Below the pieces are notes generated by a model. It saw nothing but the letters and a program-made list of their open reading frames with translations, made no database searches and had not been told where the DNA came from. Below, one piece after another: positions 51,645 to 62,275 of a stretch of DNA of 64,000 nt (position 1 is its first letter; every line of letters begins with the position of its first letter). The stretch lies in assembly GCA_040235475.1 (NCBI GenBank), contig JBECKY010000092.1, forward strand, positions 919-64,918. Direction: 5' to 3'. The translations under genes and the position numbers were made by a program. Origin of the DNA: Pseudomonadales bacterium (GTDB lineage Bacteria; Pseudomonadota; Gammaproteobacteria; Pseudomonadales; UBA3067).

Positions 51645-52421
51645 TTATTCCCCAGTAAATACGGGCTCGCGTTTTTGAAAAAATGCCTGAATCCCTTCCA
51701 TAGCATCTTTGCTGCTCCCCAGCTTCACTACCTCGTTCAGCTCTGTTTGCAGGCCTTTTTCCAAGCCCTCCCGCTCTCCGGCATAGATAGATTTAAGAAT
51801 CGCAGAAACCGCTAACGGCGGGCGCAAGGAAAGCGCTTGGGCGAAGTCAGTCACTTGCTGCTGAAAACAGTCTTCATCAAATAGATGGTCGATCAGGCCC
51901 GCTGCCAAGGCTTCGGCGCCGCTGATTTTTTGACTGAAGGCCATCATTTCTATCGCCTTGGATTTACCCACCAGCTTTGGTAAACGTTGTGTACCGCCCC
52001 AAACGGGCAGCACGCCCAGGCTGCTTTCCGGCAAGCCAATGACGGCTTTAGGTTTGTTAATCATCATTCGTATATGGCAACTCATTGCAATTTCACAACC
52101 GCCACCCAGCGCATAACCATTAATGGCTGCAATAACAGGCTTGGGGTAGGCTTCTATTTTGTTGCAAATCTGTTGTGCCAGTTGATGAACTGTTCCGCTG
52201 TTGGCTGCTTCGCTTAAATCAAAGCCTGCGCAAAAGCCTTTTTCCCCCTGGCCAGTCAGCACCAGCACCCGGGTATGGCTGTCGCTCTCAAGTTTATCTA
52301 AAAGGCTCGCGAGTGCTTTAAAAGCATCGAGAGTCATGGTGTTGGCAGGTGGGCGATTCAGCGTGAGCGTTGCTACGTGACCATCTTGACGGTGTAAAAC
52401 GGGCATGGGTTTGGCTTCCAT
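51645..52421 (-). CDS. enoyl-CoA hydratase/isomerase family protein
   Basis: LNRPPAN, FCAGFDL, INGYALGGGCE, GLPE, GGTQRL. Confidence 0.92.
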   Translation of the reverse strand: MEAKPMPVLHRQDGHVATLTLNRPPANTMTLDAFKALASLLDKLESDSHTRVLVLTGQGEKGFCAGFDLSEAANSGTVHQLAQQICNKIEAYPKPVIAAINGYALGGGCEIAMSCHIRMMINKPKAVIGLPESSLGVLPVWGGTQRLPKLVGKSKAIEMMAFSQKISGAEALAAGLIDHLFDEDCFQQQVTDFAQALSLRPPLAVSAILKSIYAGEREGLEKGLQTELNEVVKLGSSKDAMEGIQAFFQKREPVFTGE

Positions 52422-52660
52422 TATTATTTTTTGCTAAGGCACACGGCAAATCTTACCAGCTTTGTCTTCAGATATCAGGGGTGAACCTCGCCTTAGTGCA
52501 AGCAAGGGCCAAGATCTGGCCCTGCCCTCTTCTCGAATCGATCCATACTTAGCAATCAGGATTAACTAAATAGGATGGTCAAGCCACGGCAATTAAAGGT
52601 AATATCAGGCTCTACGCACAATTTGCACCCGCTCCATAAAAATAATTAAAGGATGCCCCC

Positions 52661-53428
52661 ATGTTTAATTTGTCTGGAAAAACCGCCCTTATCACCGGAT
52701 CTAGCCGAGGCATTGGCAAGGCCATAGCAACGCAGATGCTGCTTCAGGGCGCAAATGTGGTTATATCAAGCCGTAAGGCCGATGCTTGCGAGGCGGTAGC
52801 CGCTGAGATTAATGCGCTTACGGAAACGGATTCGCCACGAGCCCTTGCTGTTCCCTGTAATATTTCCCGTAAAGAGGAGCTTGAAAACCTGGTGGCTCGG
52901 ACAAACAGCGAGTTCGGCAAGATTGATATATTGGTTTGTAACGCTGCTATAAATCCTCATTTTGGCCCCATGTCTACCATTTCAGACTCTGCATTCGACA
53001 AAATTCTAAACTCGAATATCAAATCAAACCATTGGTTATGCCAAATGGTGCTTCCAGAGATGGCAAAACGCAACGATGGCGTGGTTATTATCATATCGTC
53101 TATCGCAGGATTAACCGGCAATCCGGTGCTGGGAACCTATGGTATTTCTAAAGCGGCGGATATGGCCCTCACTCGCAATATTGCTGTGGAGTATGGTGCA
53201 AGGAATATCCGCGCCAATACCATTGCTCCTGGACTGATTAAAACCGATTTTTCCCAGGCACTGTGGGCTAATGACGCCATTCTAAAGCAAGCCTTAGGGC
53301 ATACTCCGCTGGGCAGAATCGGTGATCCTGATGAAATTGCCGGAGCTGCGGTATTTTTAGCCTCTGATGCAGGAACATATATCACCGGCCAAACCCTGGT
53401 TATTGATGGCGGCAGCACTATCGTTTAA
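52661..53428 (+). CDS. short-chain dehydrogenase/reductase
   Basis: TGSSRGIG, NAA, YGISK, NTIAPG, IDGG. Confidence 0.93.
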   Translation: MFNLSGKTALITGSSRGIGKAIATQMLLQGANVVISSRKADACEAVAAEINALTETDSPRALAVPCNISRKEELENLVARTNSEFGKIDILVCNAAINPHFGPMSTISDSAFDKILNSNIKSNHWLCQMVLPEMAKRNDGVVIIISSIAGLTGNPVLGTYGISKAADMALTRNIAVEYGARNIRANTIAPGLIKTDFSQALWANDAILKQALGHTPLGRIGDPDEIAGAAVFLASDAGTYITGQTLVIDGGSTIV

Positions 53429-53438
53429 GGACATAACC

Positions 53439-54257
53439 ATGCCCTCAACAGCAAACCCTGCTCCCTCATCCACGCCCATTCCTTCATCTACGATGGTCAT
53501 TGCCCGTGACAATGACTTTGACAAGGGCATGGAAATATTCATGGTGGTGCGGCACCACCAGATTGACTTTGCATCGGGTGCGCTGGTTTTCCCCGGCGGA
53601 AAAGTCTCCGGTAGCGATTCCAGCCCGACCTTGCGAGACCGATGCAATGGGCAGGAGGACTGGCCTGATGACGCGCTAGGGCTGGGTGTGGCCGCTATAA
53701 GGGAAGCATTTGAAGAGAGCGGTATTTTATTGGCTCGAAAAGCAGGTGAAACAAAACTAATTAATAACACCGTACTTAATAGACTAAACCACTACCGCTC
53801 AGCACTGGAACAAAAAGAAATCACCATGGAAGCGCTTACCCACCAGGAAAATCTTACGCTGGCTATGGACCAGTTGCACCACTTTGCCCACTGGGTAACC
53901 CCCGAGCTGATGCCAAAACGTTTTGATACTCACTTCTATCTTGCAAAAGCGCCAGAAGATCAAATTGGCAGCCATGATGGCAGTGAATCCGTTGACTCAA
54001 TTTGGATTTCGCCTGAACAGGCGCTCAAAGAGGCCGACGAAGGTAAACTTAAAGTTATTTTCCCCACCCGAATGAATTTGATGCGTTTAGCACAGTACAA
54101 CTATGTTCAAGAAGCCATTGACGCTTGCGCTCAACAACAAGTAGTACAAGTAATGCCTTGGACAGAACAGCGTGAATCCGGCCCGGTACTGTGTATTCCT
54201 TTGAATGCCGGCTATGCTGTAACAGAACTGCCATTGGAACTTGTTATGCGCTCCTGA
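53439..54257 (+). CDS. NUDIX hydrolase (acyl-CoA diphosphatase-like)
   Basis: VFPGGKV, AAIREAFEESG, HWVTP..KRFDTHFY; ATG 53439 after AAGGA. Confidence 0.85.
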   Translation: MPSTANPAPSSTPIPSSTMVIARDNDFDKGMEIFMVVRHHQIDFASGALVFPGGKVSGSDSSPTLRDRCNGQEDWPDDALGLGVAAIREAFEESGILLARKAGETKLINNTVLNRLNHYRSALEQKEITMEALTHQENLTLAMDQLHHFAHWVTPELMPKRFDTHFYLAKAPEDQIGSHDGSESVDSIWISPEQALKEADEGKLKVIFPTRMNLMRLAQYNYVQEAIDACAQQQVVQVMPWTEQRESGPVLCIPLNAGYAVTELPLELVMRS

Positions 54258-54486
54258 TTTTTCCAGGCAAGCTTTTGGCTCATTGCAAGCGCTCACGCAA
54301 GACCAACCTGGCCCTAAATGTTCCAACAGCAAATGCATATTATGAGCACATTGGCTGTACCAACAACCCTCGTTGCCGGGTATTAGTCGTGATCAGAGTA
54401 TTAGCCGTTAATGGTGCATCAAAGCGGACAGCACAAGTTATGCTTCACTTAAAAAATACGCATCGCTATTGAATTTATTAGCAAAG

Positions 54487-55704
54487 TTAACCACTGACTG
54501 AAAGCGGTAGTTTTTGTTGCGCAAGCACGACTTTATTTCGGCCTGATTTTTTGGCAACATATAACGCCTCATCAGCTTTTTTAAGTAAATCATTTACGCT
54601 TTTAATATCAAGATCCGGGTAGCTTGCAACACCCAGACTGGCAGTTACTTTCACATTGTTACCATCAATTTCCATTTGCGTTTCAGCAAGGCTTTCCCTG
54701 ATGCGTTCTGCGATTTTTTCCGCTACATTCAATGAGGTATTGGGTAATAGAATCGCAAACTCCTCACCTCCGTATCGGCCCACCTCATCATAGTTCCGGG
54801 CGTTGTGCATTAGAATTTTTGCAGACTCCACTAAGACGAAGTCTCCAGCTTGGTGACCATAGCTATCGTTGATTTTTTTAAAGTGGTCTAGGTCAATCAT
54901 AATAAATGACAGTGTGCCGTGTCGGCCCTGCACTCTTAAAAATTCAGTTTGCATGCGATTCAGGAAATAATGTCGGCTTGCGACTCGGGTAAGGCCATCT
55001 TTATTGGACAATTCCTGATACAACTTTTCTCGTTCTCGCCAACGAATCGTCACCGTGGCAGTGACATAACTGTATGAAATCGCACCAGCACCCATCAAAA
55101 CTCTGGCATAGTGCCACAAGTCCCAGGGTTCTCCATTAACATAAGGCAGCTTATGAAATAACGGTGCGTGGGCTACGGTTCCGGTAAGATCCAGCAATGC
55201 CAGCAGCAGGAAGAGCGCACTTGCTAAAAAGTACACCTGCATTAACACACGATGATTTTGCAGGGGCAAACTTAAAGTGAAGCCCAGCAACAGCATAAGC
55301 ACACCATCGATATAAAAAGTGCCGGCCAAAAAACTGGGTATAAGGACACTGAATACCCATGTATAGGCAACGAAATACCAAAACAAAGGCCACTCTTCAG
55401 TTGTTTTTCTGATTTTAAGGGCCGCCGCTATAAAAACTGTCAAACCAAAATAGTGTGCGGCGTAAATACCCAGGTACCAATACGCAATATTTTCATTGAG
55501 TGCCACCGGAGCCGTTTCAGGAAAATTAAGCTGGAGGTAAAGGCCGTAGGCAATAACACTGCCATAAATAAGTGGGAGGAATTGGCTAGTCAGGGCAAGA
55601 AATATAGTCCGATCTATGTACGCCCATTCAAGAGGGTTTTTAAAGATAGCACGGGACCTTAGCCGCACGACCCTCTTAGCCGATGTCATTATTTTTTCTT
55701 TCAT
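54487..55704 (-). CDS. membrane-bound diguanylate cyclase (GGDEF)
   Basis: Several TMs, DGLT, IDLDHFKKINDSYGH, RNYD I-site, intact GGEEF. Confidence 0.92.
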   Translation of the reverse strand: MKEKIMTSAKRVVRLRSRAIFKNPLEWAYIDRTIFLALTSQFLPLIYGSVIAYGLYLQLNFPETAPVALNENIAYWYLGIYAAHYFGLTVFIAAALKIRKTTEEWPLFWYFVAYTWVFSVLIPSFLAGTFYIDGVLMLLLGFTLSLPLQNHRVLMQVYFLASALFLLLALLDLTGTVAHAPLFHKLPYVNGEPWDLWHYARVLMGAGAISYSYVTATVTIRWREREKLYQELSNKDGLTRVASRHYFLNRMQTEFLRVQGRHGTLSFIMIDLDHFKKINDSYGHQAGDFVLVESAKILMHNARNYDEVGRYGGEEFAILLPNTSLNVAEKIAERIRESLAETQMEIDGNNVKVTASLGVASYPDLDIKSVNDLLKKADEALYVAKKSGRNKVVLAQQKLPLSVSG

Positions 55705-55950
55705 AAAACCTATTAGCCAAGGCTTTCGGGGCTTTACCGGAATTTGCTTATCTGCCGTTAAAAATCAACTGGTAGGAATAAAATGAATAAATAAGAGTGC
55801 CTGTGGTACGAATTAATTCCTAAGGTATTTATAATGCCTGCAATAGTCGAAGGCTATAGTCTTTTTCCCTTAAATGCAAAAGCATGACTATTTAAAAGCT
55901 TATTAAGGACTTGCAAGGTTTTTGAGGGGGATTTTCAGGCAAAACCAATC

Positions 55951-57330
55951 CTAAATGGCAGCCAAGGCCTGCGCCAGGTTTTTCACACTCACAACTTCCA
56001 TACCCGGAAGCGGTTTTTTGGGAGCATTGGCAACGGGTACAATGGCTTTTTTAAACCCATGCTTGGCCGCCTCATGGATGCGCTCCTGTCCTGAAGGCAC
56101 AGGCCGAATTTCACCGGTTAAACCAACCTCACCAAAAACCACCAGGTCCTGTGGCAGCACCCGGTCTCTGAAGCTTGAAACGACGGCAAGCAGTAATGCC
56201 AGGTCGGCACTGGTTTCATTTACTTTCACTCCACCCACAACGTTAACAAATACGTCTTGATCGCCAATGGCAATGCCTCCGTGTCGGTGTAACACGGCCA
56301 GCAGCATGGCCAGACGGTTCTGGTCCAGGCCCACCGCCACTCGGCGTGGATTGCTTTGCTGACTGTCATCCACTAAGGCCTGAATTTCCACCAGTAAAGG
56401 CCGGGTACCTTCCCAAACCACCATCACGAGACTACCGGAAGAGATTTCTTCTGCACGACTGAGGAAAATAGCGGAAGGGTTTTTTATTTCCTTTAAGCCC
56501 TCTTCCGTCATGCCGAATACGCCGAGTTCATTCACTGCACCAAAGCGGTTTTTTTGGCCACGCAGGGTTCTAAAGCGGCTGTCATCTGAACCTTCCAATA
56601 ACAAAGAGCAGTCGATCATGTGTTCAAGCACTTTCGGACCTGCCAGAGAACCGTCTTTGGTAACATGGCCCACCAGAAACAAAATTGTGCCGGTTTGCTT
56701 GGCAAAGCGCGTGAGATACGCGGCGCTTTCCCTGACCTGGGTCACGCCCCCGGGTGCTGAGCTGATATCGGCAACACTCATTACCTGAATAGAATCCACC
56801 ACTAAAAGTTTGGGTTTTAAAGACTGAGCCGTTGCGCAAAGCGTTTCAACATTGGTTTCGGTGAGCATTTTCAGCGTCCCGGTTGGCAGCTTCAGCCGCT
56901 GTGCGCGCATGGCAACCTGTTGCAAGGACTCTTCCCCACTGACGTAAAGTGCGGACATCCTTTCTGCCAACCGACACATAACTTGTAGCAGCAATGTACT
57001 TTTCCCAGCACCTGGGTGTCCGCCGATCAGGATGACGGAACCTGGAACCAGTCCGCCGCCAAGAACGCGATCAAATTCGCTCATCCCGGATGAAATACGC
57101 GGCATTGATTCAAGATTTATTTCTGACAATGACTGCACCTCCGAAACGCTTCCGGCAAAACCTCCGGTTTTATCGCTAAAGGAGACATTTCGTGTGCTGA
57201 TGCTGGAAGCAGGTGCCACAGTGAATGCCTTCAGCGTATTCCACGCCTTGCATTCCCCACACTGACCTTGCCAGTTTGGGTGGTCAGCACCGCAATCAGC
57301 GCAGACATAAGCGGTTTTTGGTTTGGCCAT
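55951..57330 (-). CDS. radA: DNA repair protein RadA
   Basis: C4 zinc finger, GHPGAGKS, KNRFG motif. Confidence 0.97.
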   Translation of the reverse strand: MAKPKTAYVCADCGADHPNWQGQCGECKAWNTLKAFTVAPASSISTRNVSFSDKTGGFAGSVSEVQSLSEINLESMPRISSGMSEFDRVLGGGLVPGSVILIGGHPGAGKSTLLLQVMCRLAERMSALYVSGEESLQQVAMRAQRLKLPTGTLKMLTETNVETLCATAQSLKPKLLVVDSIQVMSVADISSAPGGVTQVRESAAYLTRFAKQTGTILFLVGHVTKDGSLAGPKVLEHMIDCSLLLEGSDDSRFRTLRGQKNRFGAVNELGVFGMTEEGLKEIKNPSAIFLSRAEEISSGSLVMVVWEGTRPLLVEIQALVDDSQQSNPRRVAVGLDQNRLAMLLAVLHRHGGIAIGDQDVFVNVVGGVKVNETSADLALLLAVVSSFRDRVLPQDLVVFGEVGLTGEIRPVPSGQERIHEAAKHGFKKAIVPVANAPKKPLPGMEVVSVKNLAQALAAI

Positions 57331-57407
57331 TTTTTAAAATAAATTTTAAGGTAAGTTTTAAGACAAATTATTAATCAGTATCAACGAACGCGACTGTATT
57401 CAAGCGA

Positions 57408-58517
57408 TCACTTCAAATAATCCCGCGGCACTCGCGCCGTTACCTGGCACAAAAGCTCATAGCTTATTGTGCCTGCCCATTGAGCTATTTCATCCACCGG
57501 TAGTCCCCGGCCCCAGAGGATCACCGGGTCACCGATTTTAGCCTGCGCCTGGGAAGACAAGTCCACGGTGATCATATCCATGGAGACGCGCCCCACCAGT
57601 GGTACGCGTTTACCGCCCACCAGCACTGGGGTGCCCTGCTTTGCATGTCGAGGATAACCATCTCCATAGCCAATACTGACAACGCCAATGCGAGTATTTT
57701 TATCCGCCGACCATGTTGCCCCATAACCCAGGAACTCTCCAGCCTGCAGGGTTCTTACTTCAATTAATTTCGCATGCAGGGTCATCACGGCTTGCAAGGG
57801 CTTGCTCTCAGCCCCAGCAGCAACCTGATCAGCCTCAGCAAGCAAAGGGGATGAACCATAAAGCATGATGCCGGGGCGAATCCATTGCACCTGTGAAAAC
57901 CGAAGCTGGCTGCTCCAGGCAATAACAGCAGCTGAATTTGCCAAGCTTAATTCAGCATCAAGGCCACTCACAGCGGCTTTAAAACGCGTTAGTTGTGTTT
58001 CTGTCATGGTAGAACCTGGATCATCCGCACAGGCGAAATGGGTCATCAATACCACATCAGACACACTGCTCATGGCTTTCAGGGTATTAAAAAGGTCTTT
58101 AACCTGCGCAATGGAAACTCCCAGCCTGTTCATCCCCGTATTAATTTTTAGCCATATTTTTAAAGGCTTATCAAGCTTGTTGGCGCTCACTAACTTCATC
58201 TGTTCAATATTGCTCACAGTGATCCAGAAGCCTTTTCTGGCCGCTAATTCCATTTCTTCGGCAGAAAAGACACCCTCCATCAGCAAAACCGGTTTGCTGA
58301 TGCCGGCAGCGCGTAACTGCATGGCTTCACTGATATGAGCAACACCAAAGCAATCCGCTTCATCCTGCAACGCCCAGGCGCATTGGCTGATACCATGGCC
58401 ATAGGCATCGGCCTTGATCACCGCAACGGTTTTGCTCTGTGGCAGCAGGGATTTAGCCAGACAGAAATTATGCTGCAGAGCTTTGAGGTCGATTTCTGCG
58501 TAGGCACGCCGACTCAC
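57408..58517 (-). CDS. alr: alanine racemase
   Basis: AVIKADAYGHG, NTGMNRLG, IGYGDGYPR, GRVSMDM; GTG start overlaps dnaB stop. Confidence 0.96.
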   Translation of the reverse strand: MSRRAYAEIDLKALQHNFCLAKSLLPQSKTVAVIKADAYGHGISQCAWALQDEADCFGVAHISEAMQLRAAGISKPVLLMEGVFSAEEMELAARKGFWITVSNIEQMKLVSANKLDKPLKIWLKINTGMNRLGVSIAQVKDLFNTLKAMSSVSDVVLMTHFACADDPGSTMTETQLTRFKAAVSGLDAELSLANSAAVIAWSSQLRFSQVQWIRPGIMLYGSSPLLAEADQVAAGAESKPLQAVMTLHAKLIEVRTLQAGEFLGYGATWSADKNTRIGVVSIGYGDGYPRHAKQGTPVLVGGKRVPLVGRVSMDMITVDLSSQAQAKIGDPVILWGRGLPVDEIAQWAGTISYELLCQVTARVPRDYLK

Positions 58518-59896
58518 CCGTAACCGCCTCCATAGCTTTCTGGAGCCAGGTCTTCAAATTTGGTGTATTCGCCGAGAAAGGCCATTTTAATTTTGCCGAT
58601 AGGGCCATTCCTTTGTTTACCAATAATAATCTCAGCAACCCCTTTTTGAGGGTTGTCTTCTTCTTTGTTATAAACCTCATCTCGGTAAATAAACATAATG
58701 AGGTCGGCATCCTGCTCAATCGCACCCGACTCCCTTAAATCTGACATCACCGGGCGTTTATCAGGCCGCTGCTCCAGACCCCGGTTTAATTGCGATAGTG
58801 CTATAACCGGCACAGCCAGCTCTTTGGCCAGGGCCTTGAGTGAGCGGGAAATTTCTGACACTTCTGATACCCGGTTTTCAGCGCCGCTAACTTGCATCAA
58901 TTGCAAGTAATCAATAATGATCAAACCCAGTTGGCCATGCTCTCTGGCAATTCGGCGAGCGCGGGCGCGCACCTCGGTGGGCGACATCGCTGGGGTATCA
59001 TCAATAAACAACTTTTGTTCAGCCAGCAAGCTGATGGCCGAATTCAGTCGCGGCCAATCATCTTCTTCCAACTTACCACTTCGCATTCGGGTTTGGTTGA
59101 TACGCCCCAGAGATGAAAGCATGCGCATCGCCAAACCATCGGCGGGCATTTCCATGCTGAACACCAGAACCGGTAAACCGCTTTGAATGGCGGCGTTTTC
59201 GCCAATGTTCATCGCGAAGCTGGTTTTACCCATAGAGGGCCGACCCGCAATAATAATTAAATCCGAGGGCTGCAAACCGGAGGTTTTTTCATCCAGGTCG
59301 TTAAAACCGGTACTCAATCCAGTTATCGCTGAATCTGATTTATACAACTCATCAATTCTGTTAACAGCTCTGGTCAGCAGGGTTTTAATAGTTTCAGGCC
59401 CACCTCGGCGGCTTCCCTGTTCGGCAATTGCGAAAATTTTGCCTTCAGCCTGATCCAGTAAGTCATGGCTCTTTGCCCCATCGGGCCGAAAAGCACTTTC
59501 GGCAATCTCATTGGAAACCTGCACCAACTGCCTAAGCACTGAGCGCTCTCGGACAATATTGGCATAAGCAACAATATTGGCAACACTGGGGGTACTATTG
59601 GCCAACTCGCCAAGGTAGGCTATGCCCCCTACTTCACCAAGTAATTCGCGCTTATCCAGTGCTTCGGATAAAGTGGTAATATCAACCGGCTGATTTTCAT
59701 CGGTAAGCTCCTGGATTAGTCGAAACACATAACGATGCTGAGGAAGGTAAAAATCATTTTCGTTAATTTTATCAGCGATGTCGTCCCAAGCACTGTTATT
59801 AATCAGCAAGCCACCCAGAACTGACTGTTCGGCTTCTACAGAATGGGGGGGCACTTTAAGTGCCCTGAGCTCACGATCCTGCTCATGCTCTATCAT
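58514..59896 (-). CDS. dnaB: replicative DNA helicase
   Basis: PPHSVEAEQ, GRPSMGKT, IDYLQLM, LRESGAIEQDAD, KQRNGP. Confidence 0.98.
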   Translation of the reverse strand: MIEHEQDRELRALKVPPHSVEAEQSVLGGLLINNSAWDDIADKINENDFYLPQHRYVFRLIQELTDENQPVDITTLSEALDKRELLGEVGGIAYLGELANSTPSVANIVAYANIVRERSVLRQLVQVSNEIAESAFRPDGAKSHDLLDQAEGKIFAIAEQGSRRGGPETIKTLLTRAVNRIDELYKSDSAITGLSTGFNDLDEKTSGLQPSDLIIIAGRPSMGKTSFAMNIGENAAIQSGLPVLVFSMEMPADGLAMRMLSSLGRINQTRMRSGKLEEDDWPRLNSAISLLAEQKLFIDDTPAMSPTEVRARARRIAREHGQLGLIIIDYLQLMQVSGAENRVSEVSEISRSLKALAKELAVPVIALSQLNRGLEQRPDKRPVMSDLRESGAIEQDADLIMFIYRDEVYNKEEDNPQKGVAEIIIGKQRNGPIGKIKMAFLGEYTKFEDLAPESYGGGYG

Positions 59897-60004
59897 AAAA
59901 TAACTACGACCTTAAAATTTAAAAAGCACCCTTGCTAAGCTATGATCCTCAGGAGGCTCTGCTTAACAGAAATAATTAGCAACATTTAATAAAGGCGCAC
60001 AAAC

Positions 60005-60040
60005 AAAAAAGCACCGAAGGTATTCAACCCCTCAGTGCTT
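60005..60040 (-). terminator. intrinsic terminator after rplI
   Basis: AAGCACTGAGGGG-TTGAATA-CCTTCGGTGCTTTTTT on the minus strand. Confidence 0.75.
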
Positions 60041-60095
60041 CAGTTTCTCATCGTGCGAAATCACACGCAATCTTTTTCAGCGATGTTGTAGCTGC

Positions 60096-60545
60096 TTACG
60101 CTTCAGCCACCACAGAAACTTGAACAGTTGCTATCAAGTCAGTATGAACCTGAACCATCACTTCATATTCACCTATATTTCGAATAGCGCCTTCAGGCAA
60201 ACGAACTTCACTTTTCTTGGTCTCAACACCGGCTTCCGTCATTGCCTTAGCCAGGTCACTGGTACCTATCGAGCCAAATAACTTACCTTCATTGCCTGAT
60301 TTTGAGGCAATGGAGACTTTTAACTGCTGAAGCTGCTCCATACGTCCCTGGGCGATGGTCAGCTCTTCCTGAGCTTTTTTCTCAAGTTCAGCGCGACGTT
60401 TTTCAAACTCTTCCAAATTGGCTTTATTGGCAGGAATGGCTTTACCCTGAGGGATAAGAAAATTCCGGCCATAACCTGCCTTTACCGACACCTTATCGCC
60501 CAAGTTACCCAAGTTACGGGATTTTTCTAATAAAATAACGTCCAT
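60096..60545 (-). CDS. rplI: 50S ribosomal protein L9
   Basis: [23 protein letters not shown]. Confidence 0.98.
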   Translation of the reverse strand: MDVILLEKSRNLGNLGDKVSVKAGYGRNFLIPQGKAIPANKANLEEFEKRRAELEKKAQEELTIAQGRMEQLQQLKVSIASKSGNEGKLFGSIGTSDLAKAMTEAGVETKKSEVRLPEGAIRNIGEYEVMVQVHTDLIATVQVSVVAEA

Positions 60546-60602
60546 CTTTACACCCTCTTTGATATCTTAAAATACTAATTAAAACCTTAGCCACTTAAGC
60601 CT

Positions 60603-61460
60603 TTACTGATCATTTGTATGCGCCAAACGCTGCCTGATATTTATAAAGCTATCTGCAATCACCAGCAGCAATAAGAGCAAGTAAACGTAGCCACTGAACA
60701 GAATTAACAAAACATAAAACAGCGCTAAAACCTGGAGACCAAAACCTAAAATCTTCGCCACACTATGAACCAGTGACACACCGACTAAAAACACCGGCAA
60801 ACTGATCAGCGCACCAATAAGGCGCAATTGCGGTACCAGGCCAACCGCCACCACTGCCACAGCAGCCAAAGTGGCGAGCATCAGCGGTGATAAGCGCAGC
60901 TGATGAAATTCATCCTGAAAGCCACCTGGGTAATACAGTTTAGCCTGCCACCAGCGGCCAATTAACAGGCCGGCAAGGGCCATAACCGCAACACTGAGAC
61001 CAAACCCGGTTAATGCCAATTCAACAATCCATTGTTCAGGGTTAGTCACCGCAAGCTTTTCCAGCAGCTGAAGCTCTGCGAACATATCGCCAGTTTTAGT
61101 CACCAACCGTTCCAGGCCAATAGGCATAACTTTCTGGAATAAAACCATCACTAAAGCCGACAAAGCGGTGGTTGTAATAATAGCGTACAGCAGGGATACC
61201 GACTGCCTTAAAACCGCAGCCCCGCAAAACACCAGAACCAGCGTTGGCAGTATCAGCACATCACCAACAGCCCACCTTAACCCTCCGGAGATGCAAGCCC
61301 AAGTTAAAACAAAAACCCCTTCTTGCCAGCCTTTGCGTAATGTTACCAGGGCAACGGCGGCCGCACCAAGCCACTCCAATAGCGGTAATAATGCACAAAC
61401 GAAAGCCACCGCCACCGCGTTAAAACGGCGACGCATAATATATTCAGCTAAGGCTTGCAT
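60603..61460 (-). CDS. conserved membrane protein (YybS/DUF2232-like) in the rpsF-rpsR-rplI operon
   Basis: MQALAEYIMRRR, LVTLRKG, GRWWQAKLYYPGGFQDEFH; many TMs. Confidence 0.8.
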   Translation of the reverse strand: MQALAEYIMRRRFNAVAVAFVCALLPLLEWLGAAAVALVTLRKGWQEGVFVLTWACISGGLRWAVGDVLILPTLVLVFCGAAVLRQSVSLLYAIITTTALSALVMVLFQKVMPIGLERLVTKTGDMFAELQLLEKLAVTNPEQWIVELALTGFGLSVAVMALAGLLIGRWWQAKLYYPGGFQDEFHQLRLSPLMLATLAAVAVVAVGLVPQLRLIGALISLPVFLVGVSLVHSVAKILGFGLQVLALFYVLLILFSGYVYLLLLLLVIADSFINIRQRLAHTNDQ

Positions 61461-61496
61461 TGCGCTTCTACCGAACCGCAGTCGGCAGGTATCCTA

Positions 61497-61727
61497 TTAA
61501 TAATCGTGGGAATCAGTATACGGCAACAAAGCAAGGTAACGCGCCTGCTTAATGGCCGTAGACAGCTGTCTTTGATATTTCGCTTTAGTGCCGGTAATGC
61601 GGCTGGGCACAATTTTTCCCGTTTCGCTGACATAAGCCCGCAAGGTATCCAAGTCTTTATAATCAATTTGGGATATACCTTCCGCTGTAAAACGGCAATA
61701 TTTACGACGTCGGAAACTTCGAGCCAT
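61497..61727 (-). CDS. rpsR: 30S ribosomal protein S18
   Basis: [25 protein letters not shown]. Confidence 0.98.
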   Translation of the reverse strand: MARSFRRRKYCRFTAEGISQIDYKDLDTLRAYVSETGKIVPSRITGTKAKYQRQLSTAIKQARYLALLPYTDSHDY

Positions 61728-61843
61728 GATTTTCTCCTGTGTTCATCGAGACATGCTACTGTGTTTGCTTGGTAGTTTTAGTCTGCAAAAATATAAATAA
61801 TCTATGTTTATTCTAGCAGGCCGCCAGGTCTGATCCAGGAGCC

Positions 61844-62275
61844 TTACTCGCCAGATACCTCGGGTTCTTCCGCTGAAACTTCATCAGCGCCTTCTTCAAA
61901 CTCTGCGCTAACCTCTCTGAAAGAGCGCTCTGCGGAAGATTTTTGGGCACGCTCGTCAGCTGGTTTTGCTAATGGCGACTCTTGCGTAACAGCCTCGTCG
62001 CGACGAATAATCAGATTGCGAATAACAGCATCGCTATAGCGAAAGTTATTGGCCAACTCATCGATGGCCTCCTGACCGCTTTCAACGTTGAATAACACAT
62101 AGTGGGCTTTATGGATTTTGTTGATGGGATAGGCCAGTTGTCGGCGACCCCAATCTTCAAGACGGTGAACCAAACCACCTGAGCTTGTAATCAAGCCTGT
62201 ATAACGTTCAATCATGCCAGGCACTTGATCACTTTGATCTGGATGTACCAGAAATACAACTTCATAATGGCGCAT
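61844..62275 (-). CDS. rpsF: 30S ribosomal protein S6
   Basis: [27 protein letters not shown]; start ATG 62275 after GGGGAG; acidic tail. Confidence 0.98.
   Translation of the reverse strand: MRHYEVVFLVHPDQSDQVPGMIERYTGLITSSGGLVHRLEDWGRRQLAYPINKIHKAHYVLFNVESGQEAIDELANNFRYSDAVIRNLIIRRDEAVTQESPLAKPADERAQKSSAERSFREVSAEFEEGADEVSAEEPEVSGE

Noticed and set aside
58514-59896. Intein in DnaB
   Set aside because: Normal 460-aa length with contiguous motifs.
61728-61843. priB or a remnant between rpsF and rpsR
   Set aside because: Only 116 nt with no recognisable coding trace; absence of priB is normal in Pseudomonas-like lineages.
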